Shown here piece after piece: positions 19,349 to 27,856 of a DNA stretch of 64,000 nucleotides. The DNA is from Patescibacteria group bacterium (GTDB taxonomy: Bacteria > Patescibacteriota > Patescibacteriia > SG8-24). The DNA lies in contig JBAYFM010000009.1 in the NCBI GenBank assembly GCA_041667185.1, positions 351 to 64,350 on the forward strand, read 5' to 3'. Below the pieces are notes generated by a model. It was given only the letters and a program-made list of their open reading frames with translations. It ran no database searches and had not been told where the DNA came from. The stretch's first letter is position 1. Every line of letters begins with the position of its first letter. Both the position numbers and the translations under genes were made by a program.

Positions 19349-21094
19349 CTAGGAAATCTTCGCGAGCATGGTCTCGAGTTCCGCCGACGCCATCACCACA
19401 GCCTCGGCGGCCTTGATGAACTCATACTGCACCTTTTCCTCGTCGCGATTCCTGACCATGGCGTGCAGCACGTTGCCGACCTGATCCGCGGTGAGCCGCC
19501 CAATGTCCACCTTGATCTCGCTCTCGGTCTTGCCATACCACGCCTCGTAGATGTGCTGGATCGCGTTCTCGCGCTTCCGAGCGGCCTTGAGGCATTCATC
19601 GCAACGCTTGCGATCGGTCCCGATGGTCTCGATCGCTTCTTTGATGAAAGCCACTGCTTCCGACAGCTTACCGAGCATGTCGACGATGTAGTGGTCCGGC
19701 GGGACCTCGAATTTCTCCATCCGGAAGACCGCTTTCTTGGACTCATCCATGATGTCGTCGATCCGCTGGGAAAGATTGTCGATGTTGTGCCGGTCGTATT
19801 TACCCGTGATGAACGTGCTCCGAACCTTCTCGATGATATCGCGATGCACGTCGTCGGCCCGATTCTCCTCCAGGTCGACGATCTTCGCCGCTTCCAGACT
19901 CGGCTGCTCGCAATATTTTTGCGCGGTCTTCAGGCCTTCGAGCACGACGCCGGCCTGCTCCGCGAGCAGTTTCAAGAAATCGATCTGCCTCGGAAAGAAT
20001 CGCGCCACGGATAGTTTTTTCCAGATCATATGTGCTGTGATCGCACTGATTATTATTCCGATGACATAGGGCCACTGGCCCCGGAAAAGAAGGAGAAAAG
20101 TCGCGGAGACGGCGGCCGAAGCCGGTATCGTGACGAGCCAGGCGAAGGCCATGTTCTTCGTGACCTCCCAATGGACGCGCCGGGGATTCTCCGCCGCGCC
20201 GGCGCCCATGACGGAGGACGAGATGACCTGCGTGGTCGAGATCGGATACCCGAAGACCGAGGAGAGATAGATGATGGAGGCCGAGGAGAACTGCGAAGTG
20301 AAAGAATGGATCGGCTTGATGTCGTAGATCTCCCAGCCCAGCGTGCGGATGATCCGCCAGCCGCCGCACAGGGCGCCGATGGCGATGGCGGTCGAACAAG
20401 CGAGCGTGACCCACGCCGGAATATACGCCCCGCCCGCGGCCGGCGCGTGCATGCCCGCGATAGTCAGGACGAAGACGATCACGCCCATGGTCTTCTGCGC
20501 GTCGTTGGTCCCGTGCGACAATGCCTGGGTGATGAGCGTCGCGTACTGCGCTTTCCTGAAGAAATTATTCGTCCGCGTGGGGAAAGAGATGATCGAACTC
20601 ACGAAAATGCCGAAGCGGGTCAGCGTCGAGGAGACGACGAAACCGATCAGAGGCGAAGCGATCAGGATGGCGAAGATGCCCAGGACTTTGATCCAATTCA
20701 CCGGAGCGAAGCCCCAGCCGACCACGAACGCGCCCAAGAGGCCGCCGATGAGCGCGTGCGACGACGACGAGGGCGTTCCTGTCCGCCAGGTCCACAGGTT
20801 CCAGAGTATCGCCCCGAGGAGGGCGGCGATGAGGACGAGCACGCTCGACACGCCTTTGGTCATCAGGTCCGGATCGACGATCCCTTTGCCGAGGGTTTCC
20901 GCGACCTTGCTGCCGAGAAAGAAGGCGCCGATGAAATCGAACGTCGCCGCGATGAGCAGGGCGCGGAGAGGCTTGATGGCGTCGGTCTTGATGGCCGTCG
21001 CGACCTGGTTGGCGGCATCGTGAAAACCGTTCGTGAAATCGAACAGCAGCGCCAGCAGGACCGCAAAAATGACGACGATAAGCTCAATGCTCAT
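19349..21094 (-). CDS. pit: Inorganic phosphate transporter (PiT) fused to C-terminal DUF47/PhoU-like domain
   Basis: GFHDAAN, PSSSSHAL, HGTNDAQK, PISTTQ; C-terminal FFPRxxDF, LEENRADD, FITxxxDR, IDDIMD. Confidence 0.88.
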   Translation of the reverse strand: MSIELIVVIFAVLLALLFDFTNGFHDAANQVATAIKTDAIKPLRALLIAATFDFIGAFFLGSKVAETLGKGIVDPDLMTKGVSSVLVLIAALLGAILWNLWTWRTGTPSSSSHALIGGLLGAFVVGWGFAPVNWIKVLGIFAILIASPLIGFVVSSTLTRFGIFVSSIISFPTRTNNFFRKAQYATLITQALSHGTNDAQKTMGVIVFVLTIAGMHAPAAGGAYIPAWVTLACSTAIAIGALCGGWRIIRTLGWEIYDIKPIHSFTSQFSSASIIYLSSVFGYPISTTQVISSSVMGAGAAENPRRVHWEVTKNMAFAWLVTIPASAAVSATFLLLFRGQWPYVIGIIISAITAHMIWKKLSVARFFPRQIDFLKLLAEQAGVVLEGLKTAQKYCEQPSLEAAKIVDLEENRADDVHRDIIEKVRSTFITGKYDRHNIDNLSQRIDDIMDESKKAVFRMEKFEVPPDHYIVDMLGKLSEAVAFIKEAIETIGTDRKRCDECLKAARKRENAIQHIYEAWYGKTESEIKVDIGRLTADQVGNVLHAMVRNRDEEKVQYEFIKAAEAVVMASAELETMLAKIS

Positions 21095-21244
21095 GCGGAC
21101 AAGTCAGGTGAGTATTACAATTCAGCCTAGAAAATCAAAGGCCGCGTGTCAATTGTTGAATTTCGTTGGTGTCAGGCACCGAAATAAACGGCGCTTTATC
21201 GAGGTCTGGTTTCTGATGGTTCGGGATGCCGGGTATTTTGCTTC

Positions 21245-21793
21245 TTACTCGATCCATTGCGCGCCCGGCAGGGCGCCGCAAGAACGCGCGGCGTACGGCC
21301 TGACCTCTGTCGTATATGGATCGCCGCCGTGATCATAGTGCCACGTAACGATCTCGTTTGATGTGCCCGAACCCAGGTTACATCCGCCGACAGTAGGACG
21401 CGGGCATGGTCCTGACGCATACATGCCATCTGAACAGTTCAGCTTGGCGTTAGTGAAAGACCAATAAGCCCCGATATATTCGACGCAGGTACTGCCGTAG
21501 GCTATAGCGTTGCACGATCCTTTGGCAGATAACCTGAAATGTTCATTGAACGTCGTTTCCTCGCCCGAATCCGGACTAGTCGGCTCGTTGGGATCGATCT
21601 CCTCGCCGGAGTCCGGGCTAGTCGGTTCATTAGACAGATCAATCTCCTCGCCGGAGTCCGGACCACTAAGTTCTTGACTGATGTCTACCTCCTCGCCGGA
21701 GTCCGGACCTTTTGGTTCGTCAAAAAATAAGATCGCCGCTCCGATGACCGCGACTATTCCGACCGAGACCGCCACGACAACACCCTTGGGCAT
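21245..21793 (-). CDS. Membrane-anchored protein with PDSGEE repeats and Cys-rich C-terminal domain
   Basis: N-terminal TM; PDSGEE four times; six Cys in the C-terminal domain. Confidence 0.7.
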   Translation of the reverse strand: MPKGVVVAVSVGIVAVIGAAILFFDEPKGPDSGEEVDISQELSGPDSGEEIDLSNEPTSPDSGEEIDPNEPTSPDSGEETTFNEHFRLSAKGSCNAIAYGSTCVEYIGAYWSFTNAKLNCSDGMYASGPCPRPTVGGCNLGSGTSNEIVTWHYDHGGDPYTTEVRPYAARSCGALPGAQWIE

Positions 21794-21905
21794 ATAAAAT
21801 CCGTATAAATTTGTTTCCAAGACTTAGCAAACTGCCACCTCATGGGCAACCTGACCGGGGATGATGGTGGGGCAAGTTATGCGTCGACCGGATATTCTTT
21901 TCCGT

Positions 21906-23426
21906 CTAGCGGTTCAATAGATCAGACAGGGTCAGTTCGTACCAGACCTTGCTGGCGACACGCTCCTGCTGCCGGTCGATCCAGGGCTGCCAGTCCGGGT
22001 GGTCGAGCTGTTCGCGGATCTCCGCTGAGACGCTCTCCGGGCCGCTGACGTAGGCCGCGTTGACCTCCTCGAGTTTCCCCGCGGCGCGGAACTGCCGCAC
22101 CGTGCCGAGCACGTCCGGCGAGAGCATGGTGAGTTCGTAGAGGCGGATGCGCGAATCCGGCAGACGTGCGAGCGCCACGTTCGCGCGCAGGATGAACTGC
22201 TCCACCGGCAGGACGGTCGCGACCGCGAACATCCACATGAATAGCACCACCAGGAACTTGAGGATGTTGGCACGCCGGACCGCGAACATCCGCGTGATGA
22301 GCCAGACGAACAGCACCGCGCAGAAGATCACGACGTAGGCCGCGAAGACTTTTTCGTAGCTGAATCCGTAATACGTCACGTAGAGGACCATGCGGTGGCC
22401 GGCCGACGCGAGCAGCAGCAACGAGGCGGCGGTGAACGCGGTCAGGATGTGCTGCACGGCCGGAATCGTCCGGCGATACGTCAGGAAGAAGATCGCGATG
22501 TTGATGACCGACAGGAAGAACAGCTGCCAGAACCCGCTCTTCACGAGATAGACGGTTTCCGCGAAATCGAAGGGCAGGCTTCCGACCCAAAGCTTCTCGA
22601 GCTGCACCCCGAGGAACAGCAGGTATAGGAGGAGCGTGCCGCCGAGCACGATACCGGTGACGATAGGGTCGATGGCCTTGAGGTCCTCGATGCGTGTCTC
22701 TTCAAAGTGCAGGCTGCGGCCCCACGCCAGGAGTCCGGTAAGCGTCACGGTCGCGAGGAACAGGCCGAAGAGGACGCGGGCCGCGATCGTGGTGTCGAAG
22801 AGCGAGCGGAACCAGTCGAGCAGGCGGTCTGTCCGCGCGGCGAACGCCGCGTCGGCCGAGGAGAGCAGTGGAAGGACGATCGTGAGCGCGATCACGAAAA
22901 ACAGCGCGAGGCCGACGAGGACGCGTTTGGTGGTGCTTTTCCGCATCCCGGCACCCTGGCTGAGGAGCCGCCCGAAGTCATGGAACGCCTGCGGGATGAA
23001 CGCCACCGCGGACAGGGCGCGCAGCACGATCCGCGAGATCAGCCGCGCATCCCAGGTCAGCCGGCGGCCGCCGGGAATCGTCTCTAATATATAGAAGCCG
23101 ATAGCGAGCGCTGGCAGGACGAGCATCGTGATCACTTTCAGGAACGGATTGTCATACAGGCAAAAGCTCAGGCACATGAGCCCGACCGGGACGATCCAGT
23201 AGAGGTTCTCTTTGAGCGACGCGCCACGCTCGCGCAGGAGCCACAGGAACAGGCTGACTAGCAGGAACAAGTAGACGGCCGCGCTGAGGCCGAGCGCGTC
23301 CGGCCCGTGTTCCCAGAAGCCCCAAACGGAACAGACCCAAAAGGCCGAGACCGCGAGGCTGCCGAGTATCTTGATGAGCGAGACGTGCGACAAGCGGGAT
23401 TCCGGTTCGTGAGTGTGATCCTCCAT
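21906..23426 (-). CDS. DUF4153/DUF4173 family membrane protein
   Basis: PLLSSADAAF, VKSGFWQL, RMVLYVTYYGFS. Confidence 0.8.
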   Translation of the reverse strand: MEDHTHEPESRLSHVSLIKILGSLAVSAFWVCSVWGFWEHGPDALGLSAAVYLFLLVSLFLWLLRERGASLKENLYWIVPVGLMCLSFCLYDNPFLKVITMLVLPALAIGFYILETIPGGRRLTWDARLISRIVLRALSAVAFIPQAFHDFGRLLSQGAGMRKSTTKRVLVGLALFFVIALTIVLPLLSSADAAFAARTDRLLDWFRSLFDTTIAARVLFGLFLATVTLTGLLAWGRSLHFEETRIEDLKAIDPIVTGIVLGGTLLLYLLFLGVQLEKLWVGSLPFDFAETVYLVKSGFWQLFFLSVINIAIFFLTYRRTIPAVQHILTAFTAASLLLLASAGHRMVLYVTYYGFSYEKVFAAYVVIFCAVLFVWLITRMFAVRRANILKFLVVLFMWMFAVATVLPVEQFILRANVALARLPDSRIRLYELTMLSPDVLGTVRQFRAAGKLEEVNAAYVSGPESVSAEIREQLDHPDWQPWIDRQQERVASKVWYELTLSDLLNR

Positions 23427-23516
23427 ATGTGGAGCGATTTAAGGGGGAATAGCTTTGCCAGAACATTATAGCGCATCGGCGGGTGAAAAAACGACCCCGA
23501 CCGTCATTATGAGGAG

Positions 23517-23610
23517 CGGGCGCGGTGCCTGGCTCCGCGAACCAAACTGCCCGACGCGAGAAGTACGCGCGACTATTCTTGACTGTCCTTGTGATGCCTG
23601 ACACCGAAAC
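23517..23610. repeat. GGTGCCTGRCACC-family element; direct-repeat partner at 24650-24762
   Basis: Shared GCTCCGCGAACCAAACYGCCCGRCGCGA...TATTCTTGAYTGTC...CCGAAA. Confidence 0.75.
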
Positions 23611-23704
23611 GATAAAGGTTAACCCGCAAATTGCTAATAAAAACAGCCGTCAATCTTGCGACTGGCGGCTGTAGAAGAGACGGCTTGGCGCTTGGCCTGT
23701 CATG

Positions 23705-24520
23705 CTAGCGTACGAAAGGCATCTTTTTTGCGGTTTGCGCCATCAGCGCGGTGATCAGGCCGGGGAAGAGGCGGTACGCGAGATGTATCCATCGAGCGAC
23801 TGCCGGCAGGATGAGGGGCATATCGCGTTCGATGCCCACGATGATCTGCTTGGCGACCGCCTCCGACGTGGCGATGGGGCCCGGCATATCCTGGACCACC
23901 TTCTGTCGGTCGGCAATCGATCTCATCTCGGTAGTTGCCTGAATGTCTGTCGCTACCAGCCCCGGACACACGACGTTCACTTTCACGCCGTACATCGCCG
24001 CTTCGATTCGCAGCGAGAGCGAGAGGCCGACGACGCCGAATTTCGCAGCGCTGTACGCGGTAAAAAACGGGGTCGGCAACAGGCCGCCGGCGGAAGAGAT
24101 GTTGACGATCTGTCCATGCCTCCGCTCACACATCATCTTGTACACCGACTGGAGGCAGAAGATCGTGCCGTACAGATCCACCCCGATTATCTTCTGCCAA
24201 TCGAGCAGCGAGTACTCGCGCGTGTCGGCGATGAGGCAAATCCCGGCGTTGTTGACCAGGATGTCGATCTCACCGTGCGTCCGTTGGATCTCCGCCATCG
24301 TCGTCGCGACGGCGTCGCTGTCGCTGACGTCCAGCACGCAGGTCGTGCAGGCGGGACCGATTTCAGCGGCCGTTTTTGCCAAGACATCAGCTCGACGTCC
24401 GGCGATGATGACTCGCGCACCCTTGCTCACGAATTCGCGGGCGAGAGCCTGGCCGATGCCAGTACCTCCGCCGGTGATGAAGACGAGTTGTTCAAGGAAC
24501 GATTTTTTTGATTTCCCCAT
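23705..24520 (-). CDS. SDR family NAD(P)-dependent oxidoreductase
   Basis: TGGGTGIG, NNAG, YSAAK. Confidence 0.92.
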   Translation of the reverse strand: MGKSKKSFLEQLVFITGGGTGIGQALAREFVSKGARVIIAGRRADVLAKTAAEIGPACTTCVLDVSDSDAVATTMAEIQRTHGEIDILVNNAGICLIADTREYSLLDWQKIIGVDLYGTIFCLQSVYKMMCERRHGQIVNISSAGGLLPTPFFTAYSAAKFGVVGLSLSLRIEAAMYGVKVNVVCPGLVATDIQATTEMRSIADRQKVVQDMPGPIATSEAVAKQIIVGIERDMPLILPAVARWIHLAYRLFPGLITALMAQTAKKMPFVR

Positions 24521-24649
24521 TGGAAATCCCCCTTTCGTGGCACAAGATTTGCACAAATATGCGGACTTGTCAAGCCTGCCCCTTTAGCGCCAGGCATTAT
24601 CAAGAGCCGTCATCGCGACCCCCGGCCCGCGAGCCAGGGGAAGCGATCC

Positions 24650-24762
24650 TGCGCGGTGCCTGGCACCCCGACGGGTGCCTGCTCCGCGAACCAAACCGCC
24701 CGGCGCGAAGAGCGCGCGGGCGGTTATTCTTGATTGTCACTTTGACGCCAGGCGCCGAAATC
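24650..24762. repeat. GGTGCCTGRCACC-family element, second copy
   Basis: Homologous to 23517-23610. Confidence 0.75.
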
Positions 24763-25411
24763 AGTTCGATTCTTGATCGGCAAACACCACCAGACGCTGG
24801 GTATACTGTTTGGCGCGCCGGTCCCACTTCCCGGCGCAGGTGATCAGGTTGAGATGCGCTTTTCCGTCAATTGAAACGAAGACCTCGGTCGCGTCCGCCG
24901 AAGCGTCATACATCCGACTCTCGCGGACGACGAAATAAATGATTGAGCCGGTGTCGTCCTGCACCGCGATCTTGTCGCCCGGCTTTAGCCTGCGCAGGCC
25001 AGCGAACGCTCCGGTGATGCCACCATACCAGTCAACGTGTCCGGAGATGACCGCGCTCCCCGCTTCTCCCGGGTGCGGACCCGGCTGATACCAGGCGACG
25101 TTGCGGGGTTTCCTGGGGATACCCATCGATCCGTCAGCCGCCAGACCGACACTCTCGATCACCGCGTTCACGCCAATGCGGGGTATCTTGATACGCACGG
25201 GCGCGCCGATGCTCACTGGCACGGCAGCCGCTCCGCCGAAATCAAGTGTCTTGGCGCTGACAGCCGCCCCAACGCTGGCCCAAGCGGCCGGCATCGCCGG
25301 CACATCAGAGACTAGGATATCGCGCCATGTGAGGACGCCAAAGACCGCCAGGACGAGCATGGTCATTCCCAATATCAGAATTTTAGTTCGATTTGGCGCT
25401 AACTTACCCAT
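24761..25411 (-). CDS. Class F sortase
   Basis: ISGHVD (His), LNLITC (Cys), YTQRLVVFA (Arg); N-terminal TM. Confidence 0.9.
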   Translation of the reverse strand: MGKLAPNRTKILILGMTMLVLAVFGVLTWRDILVSDVPAMPAAWASVGAAVSAKTLDFGGAAAVPVSIGAPVRIKIPRIGVNAVIESVGLAADGSMGIPRKPRNVAWYQPGPHPGEAGSAVISGHVDWYGGITGAFAGLRRLKPGDKIAVQDDTGSIIYFVVRESRMYDASADATEVFVSIDGKAHLNLITCAGKWDRRAKQYTQRLVVFADQESN

Positions 25412-25484
25412 AAAACCTGCTAAAGAAGAAGGGGCCGCACGAGACTCGCGCACCCCTTCTTCGTGGATCCTTCTCAATGATCGG

Positions 25485-27257
25485 CTACGCGGTCTGTTTT
25501 CGCCGAATGACGTAGAGGGCGAGCAAGACCGCGAAGATGCCAACCGCGACGACAGCGATGCTGACCGGACCGAATCCGGTCTTCGGCAGCGCCGGGACGG
25601 CCGCGGCCACGACGACGGTGGCGAGAGCGAAGTCCCGCGCCGTCAAGCCGTTGGCGTCACCGGCGGCCGTGACCGTGTTCACCGTGGTCTGAGTGAGGTT
25701 CGCCTGGCAGGTATAGGTCCAGGTTTCGGCGGGATCGAGCTTGGAGTCGCCGTTCACGTCGCCGGAAATATACGTCACGACGGCGCACTTATCATCAGTG
25801 AGCCGGACGTTGCTCAAAGCGACCGTTCCCGGATTGGTGACCTTCTTGGTATAGGTGACCATTCCCCCGCCGGCCAAAAGCGTCAACGGAGCCGGAGTCT
25901 TGGTCACGTGGATGAGCGGCGGCACTATCGGCGTTCCGACGACGACCGTGGCGCTGGCGATATCGGTGGCGCTGATGCCGTTGGCCCAACCAGTCGCGAC
26001 GACGGTGTTGGTGTGAGTTTGCGCGAGCGTCCAATTGCAGCGGTACACCCACGTCTCGTTCACCTGAAGCTTGGCATCGCTATTGATGTCGCCGGAAACG
26101 AGATTGATGGGGCTGCAGGTGTCGCCGACTAGCGTGATGTCGGTCACCGGGACCGTCCCGATGTTGCGGAGCGTGTAGGTGTAGGTCACCGCGCCGGGGC
26201 CGGCTGGCAGGGCCAGCGGGCTGGGGACTTTCACCACGTCAATGAGCGGCGGCACGGGCGGAACGACCACCGGCGCGCCGATGTCGTCGTTCGTGACGAT
26301 ACAGAACTTGTTCTGGCCGGATGTGAGGTTCATGCCGCCGTTGTGGTCGCAATCGCCGGAGAAAGCCACGGTGTAGTTCTGATTCCCGGTCTCGGTCACG
26401 GTATACACGCCGGAGATCGCGGGGAATGTGTTGGTCACGCCAGAAACGACCGGCGTACCGTTAACGAACAACGAAAAGTCGGAGATAGTATTCGTCCTCC
26501 CGTTATCATTGACGACGTGCTTGGTGACGGTGATCGTCGATGGCTGAACGCTGCCCGATGCGGGCGGGACCACGCAGACCGGCTCAGTGATCTGCGAGTT
26601 GATCATCGTCACCGCAGCGATATGCGACAAGGCGCGGCCTTTCAGGGTCGCGGAATCCCCGAAAGAGATGAGCGAGGTGTTGGTGATGATGGTTCCTTCC
26701 ATGTGCGAACCGGCACCGATGGTCATGGAATCCGCGACTGCCCAGAATACGTCGCTTGCGCAAGCGCCGTTGGTCAGGACCATCTGCCCGGTGACCGGGG
26801 TCGTGGCTGAACCAAGGAAGACGTAGACACCCGCTCCGTCGAGGGTGAGAGTACCGTTCAGCGTGGTCGCAGCGACGTTATAGACGCCCGGTCCGACCGT
26901 GTTTGTCCCGGCGAGATCGAGGATGATGCCGGGGCCCTGAGCCGTGAGCGCGCCATAGGCGTTGCTGATGTCGGTCTGCAGCGCTGCTGGTGTCGGGGCG
27001 ATGATCGATCCATCAACCTGCGCGGCATCATCAAGGTTGGTGATGCTAGCCAGGAGGTCGGCGCCGACATTGCCCCAGTGATGCGTCGTTCCGACGTTGG
27101 AGTTGTTCGTCACACCGGTCTTTCCCCAGGCAGAAAAAGGGGCGGCTGTACCGAGGTTTGGAGCCGTCGCCGCGAAAACAGCGCTAGGCGCGACCAGACC
27201 GAGGACCAGGGAAAACACCGCCGCGGCGCCTCCCAAATATGCTTTAGATATTCTCAT
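25485..27257 (-). CDS. Ice-binding-like (DUF3494) surface protein with Ig-like repeats and LPKTG sorting signal
   Basis: Signal peptide; LTNGACASDVFW, ATLKGRALS; two VTYTxxxxNxGTV/GDxNxDxKL repeats; LPKTG + hydrophobic stretch + RRK. Confidence 0.88.
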   Translation of the reverse strand: MRISKAYLGGAAAVFSLVLGLVAPSAVFAATAPNLGTAAPFSAWGKTGVTNNSNVGTTHHWGNVGADLLASITNLDDAAQVDGSIIAPTPAALQTDISNAYGALTAQGPGIILDLAGTNTVGPGVYNVAATTLNGTLTLDGAGVYVFLGSATTPVTGQMVLTNGACASDVFWAVADSMTIGAGSHMEGTIITNTSLISFGDSATLKGRALSHIAAVTMINSQITEPVCVVPPASGSVQPSTITVTKHVVNDNGRTNTISDFSLFVNGTPVVSGVTNTFPAISGVYTVTETGNQNYTVAFSGDCDHNGGMNLTSGQNKFCIVTNDDIGAPVVVPPVPPLIDVVKVPSPLALPAGPGAVTYTYTLRNIGTVPVTDITLVGDTCSPINLVSGDINSDAKLQVNETWVYRCNWTLAQTHTNTVVATGWANGISATDIASATVVVGTPIVPPLIHVTKTPAPLTLLAGGGMVTYTKKVTNPGTVALSNVRLTDDKCAVVTYISGDVNGDSKLDPAETWTYTCQANLTQTTVNTVTAAGDANGLTARDFALATVVVAAAVPALPKTGFGPVSIAVVAVGIFAVLLALYVIRRKQTA

Positions 27258-27418
27258 AGATGTCTCACTACGACTGCCTGGCCCAAGACTTAAACGTCAA
27301 AAAGCCGAGCAAATATTTAATAAATTTTTCAACTGACTTTATTATAACATCTTTTCAACGACATGAGCAGTGCGGTCGGCATCTCTTTCCCCGCCACAGC
27401 CTCTTTATCCGCATCGTC

Positions 27419-27832
27419 CTATTTCACGATCGCCGGTTTTTGCGGCGCACCGATGATTTTTTGGACCCGTTCAATGAATTCTTCGTTGGTGACGCCCTTC
27501 TGTAAATAATCCAGCACCCCCAATTCTTTGACCGCCTTCTGAGCTTCAATGCTGAGATCCTCGCTCGTGAGCAGGATGATCGGGATGCTTGCGACCACGG
27601 GATCAGCATCGCTTTTGAGCCTGTCAGCCGTTTCCATGCCGTCCATTACGGGCATGTTTAGATCGAGCAGGATCAGGTCCGGATGCAGCCTCCTGGCCAT
27701 TTCGCGGCCGTCATTGCCGTCTTTCGCATACAGAACCTCAAAACCGGCTCTGGCGAGCAATGATCCAAAAAGCCTGCGGGTCATGGAATCATCATCGACG
27801 ACTAGGATATGCTTGACCGTGGGTTTTTCCAT
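27419..27832 (-). CDS. Single-domain response regulator
   Basis: ILVVDDD, DLILLDLNMPVMDG, IILLTS, YLQK. Confidence 0.92.
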   Translation of the reverse strand: MEKPTVKHILVVDDDSMTRRLFGSLLARAGFEVLYAKDGNDGREMARRLHPDLILLDLNMPVMDGMETADRLKSDADPVVASIPIILLTSEDLSIEAQKAVKELGVLDYLQKGVTNEEFIERVQKIIGAPQKPAIVK

Positions 27833-27856
27833 AGCGCGTATCTTTAAGATCAAGGA

